Positions 46,981 through 64,000 of a stretch of 64,000 nucleotides of DNA are shown one piece after another (within the stretch, counting starts at the first letter, position 1; each line of letters opens with the position of its first letter). The notes under the pieces were generated by a model that saw only the letters and a program-made list of their open reading frames with translations, ran no database searches and was not told where the DNA came from. Location of the stretch: assembly GCF_009914755.1 (NCBI RefSeq), contig NC_060931.1. One strand, 5' to 3'. This stretch comes from the human T2T-CHM13v2.0 reference genome, Homo sapiens. A program made the position numbers and the translations under genes.

Positions 46981-49900
46981 GGGATTTCTCATTTCTGGCC
47001 AGCATACAAAAAGCATGGAATTGCCAGTCAATCCTAACAAGTAAAAAGCTGGAAAAATGGAAAAATGAACAATTCTTAGATTTGTAAGAGAAGTGAGGTC
47101 ACAGGGCAAACCACTGGCCCCAAAATCAGCGAGAGAGACACGTATAGAGAATCATAACTTACCAGAGCAGAAACCCATGAGCAGAAACCTCCAAGGGAAC
47201 CAGTGCCAAACTGGAAAAACCTGAACTGTAATTAACAAATTGCTGGAAGCTCAATGTGGACAAGTCAGAGAGTTTGAAACTTCAGAGGGATTCAGTTATT
47301 GAGGGGCCCCCTACTTTTGCGAGTTTTACCTGCTAGAGCTCCACCAGTTTATCAAAGCAAATAGCAGATTTTTAAAAATGCCCCCATGCTTACAGCAAGG
47401 GAGGGAAAAGTGCCATTTTGAAATATGCCAGAGCATTGTATTCTTCTTAACAAAGTCTGCCCTCAGGAGAAACTATTTAACCAGAACCTAAACTGCTGGG
47501 GTTTCATCAGTGCCTAACGAACTTGGAGGAAGTAAAATTACCAACTCCAGCTGGCTCTAGTCTTCCTGTGGAACAAAGGAAATACACAATTCCAGCCTCC
47601 TCCAGCCATATGGTCACACCTAAAGAGGGGAGTGGAACTGAAGTTCACAGTCAAGAGGTACAGGCTCACTAAAAACTGAGGCCTAATCATAAGTAATTAC
47701 ATTACTTAAGGCCTATTTATAGCACTTCCCTTGACCCAATACATCATGTCCAGCTGTCAGTTAAAAAATTACAAAACATACTGAAAGGCAAAACACAGTT
47801 TGGAGAGATTGAAAAAGCACTAGAACAAGACTCAGATATTGGAAGAAATGGTGGAATTATTAGATGAGGAATGTTAAAACAACTGTGATTAATATGCTAA
47901 GTACTCTAATAGACAAAGTAGAAAGCATGCACAAATAGATGGGAAATGTAAGCAGAGAGATGGAAATTCTAGCAAAAAGCCAAAAGGAAATGCTTGACAT
48001 CAAAACTACTGTAGCAGAAATGAAGAATGCCTTGCCTTTGATGGGCTTATTAGTAGACTGAACACAGCTTAAGAAAGAATCTGTGTGCTTAAAGATATCT
48101 CAGTAAAAACCTCTAAAACTAAAAAACAAAGGAGAAAAGAAAACATTTTAAAAATCTGGAATATTTGAGAACTGTGAGAAAACTACAAAAGGCATAACAT
48201 ATGCTTAATGGGAATACCAGAAGGAGAATAAATATTCGAAAAAATAATGATTGAGAATTTTCCCCAAATTAATGTCAGGCATCAAACCCAGAGGCAAGAA
48301 CCTCAGAGAACACCATGAAGGATAAATTCCAGACAAACTAAACCTAGGCATATTATTTCCAAACTACAGAAAATCAATGATTAAAAAAAAGAATCCTGAA
48401 AGAAGCCACAGGGAGTGGGTGGTGGCCCTTGCATACACAGGAGCAAAGATCATAATTACATCCTACCACTTCTCCTAAGAAACTATGCAAGCAAGAATAG
48501 AGTGGAGTGAAATATTGAAAGTGTTGAGAGTATAAAAATCAGCCTAGAAGTCTGTATCCTGCAAAATTATCCTTAATGTGTGAGAGAAATAAAGACTTAC
48601 TCATACAAACAGAAATTGAGGGTATTTGTTGCCAGTAAACCTGAGTTGCAAAAAACGTTAAAAGAAGTTATTTAAGGAGAAGGAAAATAATATGGGTCAG
48701 GAACTCCTATCTATATGAAGAAAAGAAGAGCATTAATGAAGAAATTAGTGAAAGTAAAATAAAAACTTATTTTTCTTATTCTTAATTGATCTACATATAT
48801 ATATGCTTATGTTTGCTTAGGTACAAGTAAGATGAATGACAGCAATGATACAAGGGATCGGCAGGAGGAATTAGGATTATTTTGTTATTATAAGTTACTC
48901 ACACTACCTGTGAAGTAGTATAGTGTTATTTGAAAATAGACTTGGGTTGAGCACCTCTTGGAGAATCGCTCGGGTTCGCTCCACGCTGTCGCAGCCACCG
49001 CTGTGGTCGCCAGTCAGCCGAGGGGCTGCGATACTGGTTGCCCGCGGTGTGAGCAGAATTCAACGTGTACCGCTGCCGTGAAAATGGAGAGGCCTTTGTC
49101 CGTGTTTGGGGACCGCAGCACTGGGGAGGCGATCTGCTCCCAGAACGTTATGGCTGCAGCTTTGATTGCCAATACTGTAAAAAGTTCTCTTGGTCCAGTT
49201 GGCTTGGTTAAAATGTTGGTGGATGATATTGGTGATGTATCCATTACTAACGGTGGTGCACCATCCTGAAGTTACTGGAGGTAGAACATCCTGCAGCTAA
49301 AGTTCTTTGTGAGCTGGCTGATCTGCAAGACAAAGAAGTTGGAGATGGAACTACCTCCGTGGTTATTATTGCAGCAGAACTCCTAAAAAATGAAGATGAA
49401 TTAGTCAAACAGAAAATTCATCCCACGTCAGTTATTAGTGGCTATGGACTTGCTTGCAAGGAAGCAGTGCGTTATATCAATGAAAACCTAATTGTTAACA
49501 CAGATAAAGTGGGAAGAGATTGCCTGATTAATGCTGCCAAGACATCCACGTCTTCCAAAATCATTGGAATAAATGGCGATTTCTTTGCTAACATGGTAGT
49601 AGATGCTGTATTTGCTATTAAATACACAGACATAAGAGGCCAGCCATGCTATCCAGTCAATTCTGTTAATATTTTGAAAGCCCATGGGAAAAGTCAAACA
49701 GAGAGTATGCTCATCAGTGGCTATGCACTCAACTGTGTGGTGGGATCCCAGGGCATACCCAAGAGAATTGTAAATGCAAAAATTGCTTGCCTTGACTTTG
49801 GCCTGCAAAAAACAAAAATGAAGCTTGGTATACAGGTGGTCATTACAGACCCTGAAAAACTGGACCAAATTAGACAGAGAGAATCAGATATTACCAAGGA

Positions 49901-50360
49901 GAGAATTCAGAAGATCCTGGTAACTGGTGCCAGCATTATTCTAACCACTGGTGGAATTGATGATATGTGTCTGAAGTATTTTGTGGAGGCTGGTGCTACG
50001 GCAGTTAGAAGAGTTTTTAAAAGGGACCTTAAACGCATTCCGAAAGCTTCTGGAGCAACTATTCTGTCAACTCTGGCCAATTTGAAAGGTAAAGAAACTT
50101 TTGAAGCTGCAGTGTTGGGGCAGGCAGAAGAAGTGGTATAGCAGAGAATTTGTGATGATGAGCTGATCTTAATCAAAAACACTAACCCTCATACATTTAC
50201 ATCGATTATCTTACGTGGGACAAATGATTACATGTGTGATGAGATGAAGCATTCTTTACATGATGCTTTTTGTGTAGTGAAGATAGTTTTGGTGTCAAAA
50301 TCTGTGGTTCCAGGTGTGGGTGCTGTAGAAGTAGCCCTTTCTATATACCTTGAAAACTAT

Positions 50361-50756
50361 ATACCTTTCTATATACCTTGAAAACACCGCATATTCTCAC
50401 TCATAGGTGGGAATTGAACAATGAGAACATATGGACACAGGAAGGGGAACATCACACTCTGGGGCCTGTTGTGGGGTGGGGGGAAGGGGGAGGGATAGCA
50501 TTGGGAGATATACCTAATGCTAGATGACGAGTTAGTGGGTGCAGCGCATCAGCATGGCACATGTATACATATGTAACTAACCTGCGCATTGTGCACATGT
50601 ACCCTAAAACTTAAAGTATAATAAAAAAAAAAAAAAATTTTACTTTTTGTGAAATATCATTTTTACTGTTTTCCTAATAATTTTCTAACTAAATTTCCAT
50701 AACTACAATAATAATGTATTTTATCACGTCACCAAAAAAAAAAAAAAAAAAAAAAA
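50361..50756 (+). mobile_element. Short L1PA2-like 3' end with 3' transduction, inserted in the TCP1 pseudogene
   Basis: L1 3'UTR 50382-50622 (TTGGGAGATATACCTAATGCTAGATGACGAGTTAGTGGG), A15, 96 bp non-L1/non-TCP1, A23. TSD GAAAACTAT 50352-50360 / 50757-50765. Confidence 0.95.
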
Positions 50757-51037
50757 GAAAACTATGCAACTAGCATGGGGTCTCGGGAACAGAATGCTAT
50801 TGCAGAGTTTGCAAGATCACTTCTTGTATTCCTAATACACTGGCAGTTAATGCTGCCCAGGAATCCACAGATCTGGTTGCAAAGTTAAGAGCTTTTCATA
50901 ATGAGGCTCAGGTTAACCCAGAACGTAAAAATCTAAAATGGATTGGTCTTGATTTGAGCAATGGTAAACCTCAAGACAACAAACAAGCAAGGGTGTTTGA
51001 ACCAACCATAGTTAAAGTTAAGAGTTTGAAATTTACA

Positions 51038-56539
<5,502 letters not shown>

Positions 56540-58800
56540 TTTGAAATTTGCACAGAAGCTGCAATTACCATTCTTTGAATTGATGATCTTATTAAATTAC
56601 ATCCAGAAAGTAAAGATGATAAACATGGAGGTTATGAACATGCTGTTCACTCTGGAGCCCTTAATGATTGATCTGATGTCCCTTTTATTTATAACAATGT
56701 TAAATACAATTGTCTTGTACCTTGAGTTAAGTATTACATATTAAAGTACAACAAGGTGAAAATAAATAAAGAAAAAGAAAATAGCCTACGGTTAGTTGTA
56801 AGTGTATGTTTCAAACTCTAGAGCAATCACTTAAAAATGTGTTTTAAAAAGGATAATTGATATGCTAAGAAAGGAGATAAAATGCAATGATGCAAAACAC
56901 CCAGTTAAAATTACAAAAGGCAGAAAAGAGTAGAAGGAAAAATACAAACAAAGAACAAGGGCAATAAATAGAAGAAAACAGTAATAAACACTGTAGATGT
57001 TAATCCAACTATAGCAAAATTACTTTGAACAACAGTGATGTAAATGTACCAATTAACAGATGGAGATCAGAGTGAATCAAAGACAAGACCAAAATACATG
57101 TTGTCCATAAGAAATCCACTTTAAATATGAAGAGACATACGGCTTAAGAGTAAATACTAATAAGTGGAGAAAGATATACCATGCTAACACTGAGCAAAAG
57201 AAAGCAAAAGTATCTCTATTCATTTCAGACAAAACAAACCTCATACAAGCATATTTATTAGGAATAAATAGAAACATGACATAATTATAAAGGAGCCAAT
57301 TCTCCAACATTATATAGCAATCTTTAATGAGTATGAGCCTAACAACAGAGTGTCAAAATATATGAGGCAAAAACCTATGGAACTACAAAAAAAAAAAGAT
57401 GAATCCACTATTACAATTGGAGACTTCAACACCCTTCTATCAGAAATGAACAGATTCAGCAGGCATAAAATCAGTAAGGATATAGTTGAACTAAAAATAC
57501 CATTGATCAACTGTATATAATTAACACCTTTAGATAACTTAATGCAACAATAGCAGAGTACACATTCTTCTCAAGTTCACATGGAACCTTCACCAAGATA
57601 TACCACATCCTGGGCCATAAAACACACCTTAACAAATTTAAGAGAATTAGGAATCATATGATGTCAGCTCTCAGACCAAAATGGAATTAAACTAAAAGCA
57701 AATAACAGAAAGATAGCTGGGAAATCTCAAAACTTGCAGATTAAACAACACATTTCTAAATAACACAGGAGTTGGAAATAAAATCTCATTAGAAATTTAA
57801 AAATATTTTTTAAAAGATCAAAATTAAAACAAAAGTTATTCTAATTGTGGAATGCAGCAAATGCAGTTATTAGATGAAAATTGATAGCATTGAATGCATA
57901 TATTAGCAAAGAAGAAAGATCTGAAATCAGTAATCTAAGGCTATACCTTAGGAAACTAGGAAAAAAAAGAGCAAATTAAATTCAAAGTAAGCAGGAAAAC
58001 AAATTAAAATTAGAGCAGAAATCAATAAAATTGAAAACAGAATATCAATAGAGAAAATAAATAAAACCAAAGCTGGTCTTTGGAAAAGATCAATAAAATT
58101 AATATGCCTCTAGTCAGGCTAAGGGGGAAAAAAGGATGACACAAATTACTAATATCAGAAATGAAGAAAGACATTAAAAGAATAATAAGGAAATACTAGG
58201 AAAAAGTCTATGCCCACAAATCTGATAATCTAGATAAAACAGACCAATTACTTGAAAGACACTATCTGCCAAAGTGCACACAAGAAGAAATAGACAATCT
58301 AAATAGTCTTGTGTCAAATAAATTGAATCAATAATTAATAATCTTCCCAAAGAAAAAGCACTAGGCCAAGATACATTCACATGTGAATTCCAAAAAACAT
58401 TTCAAGAAGAAATTATACCAATTCTCTACACTCTGTTTTAGAAGAGAGAAGCAAAAGGAAAGTTTTCTAACACATTCTATGAGGCCAGAATTACCTTATA
58501 CCAAAACCAGACAAAGATATTACAAGAAAAGAGAATTATAGATCAATATTTTTAATGAACATAGATGCAAAAGTTATCAACAAAATGTTAGCAAATCAAA
58601 TCTAACAATATGTAAAAAGAATTTTACACTGCAAACAAGTAGGATTTATTCCAGGTATGGAAGCCTGGTTCAACGTTAAAAATATCAAATAATATAATCC
58701 ATTACAACAACAAAGAAGACAAATTACATGATCATATCAATAGATGCAGAAAATTTATTTGACAAAATTGAATATCCACTCATAATTAAAACTTTCACAA

Positions 58801-59668
58801 CTGCAGATTGCAAACACTGGAGTTACCTGGAGCAGGAAACACATTTTGTGAACAGACTGACTAGAATCCATTGAGTTATCTAGCCAGAAGCTCTGCCTGA
58901 TAGCAGAGCCCAGCCAGTGACCTTACCAGATATTGGATCCCAGAAAATACACAGCTGGCCAAAATCAGTGGCCCAGACAACTAGAAAACTCACAACAGCT
59001 CTGCCTGCCCAGGGTCAGTGAGGGTCATCATCAGTTGTCCCTTGCAGAATCACAGACTACATTAAAGTGAAGGTCCATCTCTAGCAAAGAATACCTGTGA
59101 AGACCAGAGAGAGGCTGTCATCTCAAATGTTCAGACAACAACACAAGGATGCAGGAATTATGAAGAATCAGGGAACCATGGCACTTCCAAAATAAACTAA
59201 TAAAATTTCCATGGTAGACCCACAAAAATGGAGATCTATCTATAAAATGACAGACACAGAATTCAGAATAATACTCATAAAGAAGTTCAGTGAACTACAA
59301 GAATATACCATAAAAAGTTTAATGAAATTTGGAAAACAATACACAAAGTGAAAAGTTTGACAAAGAAATGGAAACAAAAGAAACAGATAAAAATCCTAGA
59401 AATGAAGAATACAGTGACTAAAGTGAAAAATTTAATAGAAATTTAACAGAAAGCTGCAAAACCAGACTTGATCAAATAGAGGAAAGAATTAGTGAGCTTG
59501 AAGACAGAACATTTTAAATCATTCAGTCAGAGGAGCAGAAAGATAAAAGAATAAAGAAAGCCTATGAAAATTATGGAACACCACCAAGAGACCAAACCTT
59601 TGTGTAACAGGAGTTACAGAAGGAAGATAATGTAAAAGGGACAGAAAACACATTTAAATAAATAATAC
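58801..59668 (+). mobile_element. L1MA/L1M-like 5'UTR-ORF1 fragment
   Basis: ATGAAGAATCAGGGAACCATGGCAC..CCAAA, CAGAATTCAGAATAAT, GAAAGAATTAGTGAGCTTGAAGACAG. Confidence 0.7.
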
Positions 59669-59805
59669 CTAGAATAGAAGAGGAAAAATGATGGATAGGA
59701 GGAAGGACTAACTTGCAGCTCCCATTCAGATGGACAGAGCAGCATGTGCGGACCCACATTGTGAACTTTGCTCCAAGAACTACCACAGAATTGTACCAGG
59801 AAAGC

Positions 59806-59922
59806 TGAGAGAATCCACAGATCCTTTGAAGGAGGTGGATTGCTGTTGGGACAGCAACAGACCCTTTGTTGAGAGAATCCACAGATCCTTTGAAGCTGAG
59901 AGAATCCACAGATCCTTTGAAG
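59806..59922. repeat. Three identical 26-bp copies in the L1PB 5'UTR
   Basis: TGAGAGAATCCACAGATCCTTTGAAG at 59806, 59870 and 59897. Confidence 0.92.
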
Positions 59923-61665
59923 AAGGATTGCTCCATGGGACAGTGGAGAAACTGTGAGTCTGCTTGCTTTCTCAGCTGGGAGGCTTGTAGCCTGGGGCAA
60001 GTTCTCAGTCATGCTCACCAGCTTCCTGGAAATAAACTCACTGCTGTTGCGGGGGTACGATGGGAGTGAAACCAATCTTTCATGCTGTAGGCTGCATGGG
60101 AGCTGGGTGAGGCCTATGGCTGCTGGCTTTCCTCCACTTCCCTGGTTACCTGTGTGATGCAGTAGAGACAGCCAAAAATCCCCTGGGAACATAACTCTAT
60201 TGGCCTAGGAACCATGCTGCCATCCCCCATTGCAGTTGCAGTAAGCCCTGCCCAAGGAGAGCCTGAGCTCACACATGGCTAACCCTGCCCCTACCCAGTG
60301 GTCTTTCTCTACCTGCGCTGGTAGCCTAAGACAAAGGACATAATCTCCTGGGAGCTTAGGGATACCAGCACAGCTAACAGACCTGAAGATGGATTACATC
60401 ACAGGACTCTCAACTGCCAGAAAAAGAATTCAGAAGGTCAACTATTAAGCAAATCAAGGAGGCACTAGAGAAAGGTGAAAACCAACTTAAAGATATCAAA
60501 AACGTGATACAGGTTATTAATGGGGAAATCCCCATTGAAATAGATAGCATAAATAAAAAACGATCACAACTTCTAGAAATGAAGGACACACTTAGAGAAT
60601 TGCAAAATACACTGGAATATCTCAGCAATAGAATCAAACAAGTAGAAGAAAGAACTTCAGAGATTGAAGATAACGCTTTTGAATTAACCCAATCTCAGAA
60701 GACAAAGAAAAAAGAATTAAAAAAAAGAACAAAGCCTCCAAGAAGTTTTGGGATTATATTAAATGACCAAACCTAAGAATAATTGGTGATCTTGAGGAAA
60801 AAGAGAAATTTAAAAGTTTGGAAAACATATTTGAGGGAATAATTGAGGAAAACTTCCCCAGCCTTGCTAGAGATCAAGACATCCAAATACAAGAAGCTCA
60901 AAGAACACCTGGGAAATTAATCACAAAAAGATTATCACCTAGGCATACAGTCATCACGTTATTTAACGTCAAGACAAAGCAAAGAATCTTAAGAGCTATG
61001 AGGCAAAAGCATCAGGTAACCTATAAAGGAAAATCTATCAAATTAACAACAGATTTCTCAGCAGAAACCCTACAAACTAGAAGAGATTGGGGTCCCATCT
61101 TTAGCATCCTTAAAAAAACATTTATCAGCCAAGAATTTTGTATCCAGTGAAACTAAGCTTGACAAATGAAAGAAAGATACAGTCCTTTTCAGAAAAACAG
61201 ATGCTGAGAGAATTTGCCACTACTAAGCCAGCACTACAAGAACTACTAAAAGAAGCTCTAAATCATGAAACAAATCCTCAAAATACACCAATATAAAATC
61301 TCATTAAAGCATAAATCTCACGGGACCTATAAAACAATAACACAATGAAAAAAAAAAACAAGGTATTCAGGCAACAAATAGCATGAAGAATAGAATAGTA
61401 CCTCACATCTCAATACTAATGTTGAATATAAATAGCCTGAAAGCTCCACTTAAAAGATACAGAATGGCAGAATGGATAAGAATTCATGAACCAAGTATCT
61501 GCTGTCTTCAGGAGACTCACGTAATACATAAGGACTCACATAAACTTAAGGTAAGGGGTGGAAAAAGATATTCTATGCAAATGGACAACAAAAGCAAGCA
61601 AGAGTAGCTATTCTTATATCAGCCAAAACAAACTTTAAAGCAACAGCAGTTAAAAAAGACAGAGA

Positions 61666-61967
61666 GGCCAGGTGCGGTAGCTCATGCCTGTAATCCCAGC
61701 ACCTTGGGAGGCTGAGGTGGGTGGATCACCTGAGGTCAAGAGTTTGAGACCAGCCTGGCCAATGTGGTGAAACCCTGTCTCTACTAAAAAAATACACAAA
61801 ATTAGCTGTGTGTGGTGGTGGGCGCCTGTAATCCTAGCTATTCGGGAGGCTGAAGCCAGAGAATGCTTGAACCTGGAAGGCGGAGGCTGCAGTGAGCTGA
61901 GATCACACCATTGCACTCCAGCCTGGGCAACAAGAGTGAAGCGTCATCTCAAAATAAATAAATAAAT
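61666..61967 (+). mobile_element. AluS (Sq/Sx-like) in L1PB ORF2
   Basis: GGCCAGGTGCGGTAGCTC...GTCATCTC(AAAT)n, with TSD core AGACA(G/A)AGA. Confidence 0.95.
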
Positions 61968-62877
61968 AGACAAAGAGAGACATTATATAATGATAAAAGG
62001 ACTAGTACAACAGGAAAATATCACAATTCTATATATATATGCACCTAATGCTGGCAATCCCAAATGAATAAAATCAATTACTACTAGACCTAAGAAATGA
62101 GACAGGCAGCAACACAATAATAGTGGGGGACTTTAATACTCCACTGACAGCACGAGACAGGTCATCAAGACAGAAAATTAACAACAAAACAATGGACTTA
62201 AACTATATCCTAGAACAAACAGACTTAACAGATATTTACAAAACATTCTATCCAACAACTGCAGAATATACATTCTATTCATCAACACATGGAACATTCT
62301 CCAAGAGAGACCATATGATAGAAAACAGAACAAGTCTCAACAAATTTAAGAAAAAATGAAATTATAGCAAGTCCTGTCTCAGACCACAGTGGAATAAAAT
62401 TGAAAATCAACTCCAAAAGGAACCCTCAAAACCATGCAAATACATGGAAATTAAATAATCTACTCCTAAATGACCATTGAATCAACAATAAATTAATTTC
62501 CATCTCGATTTTAGTTTTGACCTATTGATGAATGATAATAGTGACATAACCTATCAAAACCTCTGGGATACAGCAAAAGCAGTGCTAAGAGGAACATTTA
62601 TAACATGAAATGCCTACATAGAAAAGTCTGAAAGAGCACTAATAGACAATCTTAGGTGACACCTCAAGGAACTAGAGAAGCAGGAACAAACCAAACCCAA
62701 ACCCAACAGAAGAAAATAAATAACCAAGATCAGAACAAAATTAAATTAAATTTAAACAAAAGAAAATACAAAAGATAAATGAAACAAAAAAACTGGTTCT
62801 TTGAAATGATAAATAACATTGATAGACAATTAGTGAGATTTACGAAGAAAAAAAGAGGATCCAACTAAGCTCAATTA

Positions 62878-63190
<313 letters not shown>

Positions 63191-64000
63191 AGAAAGAAAA
63201 TGGGTGATATTAAAACTGATACCACAGAAATACAAAAGATCATTCAAGGCTACTATGACCACCTTTACACACATAAACTAGAAAACCTAGAGGAGATGGA
63301 TAAATTCCTAGAAATAAACAACCCACCTAGATTAAACCAGGAAGAAATAGAAACTCTGAACAGACTAATAGCAACCAGTAAGATTGAAATGGTAATTAAA
63401 AAGTTACCAAAAAAAAAAAGTCCAGGACCAGATGGATTCACAACTGAATTCTATCAAACATTCAGAGAAGAATTGGTACCAATCCCATTAACACTATTCA
63501 AACATATAGAGAAAGAGGGAATCCTCCCTAAATCCTACTATGATGCCAGTATCACCCTAATACCAAAACCAGGAAAAGAAATAACAAGAAAAGAAAACTA
63601 CAGGCCAATATCACTGATAAACATAGATGCAAAAATCATCAAGAAAATACTAGCTAACCGAATCCAACAGCATATCAAAAAGATAATTCAACACGATCAA
63701 GTGGGTTTCATACCAGGGATGCAGGGATGGTTTAACATACACAAGTCAATAAATGTGATATACCACATCAAAAGAATAAAAAACAAAAATTACATGGTCA
63801 TCTCAATAGATGCAGAAAAAGCATTTGACAAAATCTAGCATCACTTTAGGATTAAAACCCTCAGCAAAATCGGCATAGAAAGGACATACCTTAAGGTAAT
63901 AGAAGCCAACTATAAGAAACCCACAGCCAACATTGTTATGAATAGGGAACAGTTGAAAGCATTCTCCCTGAGAACTGGAACAAGACAAGGATGCCCACTC

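Noticed and set aside
49359-50141. 260-aa TCP1-like ORF as a functional retrogene or mini-chaperonin
   Set aside because: Upstream frameshift (~49260), premature TAG, two L1 insertions, substitutions at conserved positions, and no evident promoter.
59806-59922. CRISPR-like array of 26-bp repeats
   Set aside because: Eukaryotic L1 context, irregular spacing (38 and 1 bp), and no cas genes.

Overview
Primate (human/great-ape-like) intergenic DNA. I can support no intact protein-coding gene, RNA gene or CRISPR array; the ORF-track entries I could place are repeat- or pseudogene-derived, and the rest look like chance ORFs. The first ~38 kb is a patchwork of old repeats (L2, MIR, L3, MaLR/ERVL LTRs, hAT and piggyBac MITEs, Alus, a truncated L1PA) with a few unique stretches. 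The last ~26 kb is a nested, co-oriented stack of LINE-1s holding a TCP1 (CCT-alpha) processed pseudogene (48949-56776), itself split by two L1 insertions. The notable structures are: (1) an L1PA6-like element whose 5'UTR is joined precisely at L1 splice sites (SpIRE) and which also has a ~90-bp internal L1 patch; (2) a short L1PA2-like insertion with a 96-bp 3' transduction and a locally templated 5' junction; (3) a ~390-bp inverted repeat pair around a 1.7-kb spacer, much more similar than independent L2 copies should be; (4) a twin-primed L1PA3; (5) an LTR33>MLT1>MER75 nest. I found no evidence of a new biological system; these are unusual instances of known mechanisms, and the inverted repeat is the least explained. 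Subfamily names come from recalled consensus sequences and old-repeat boundaries are approximate.
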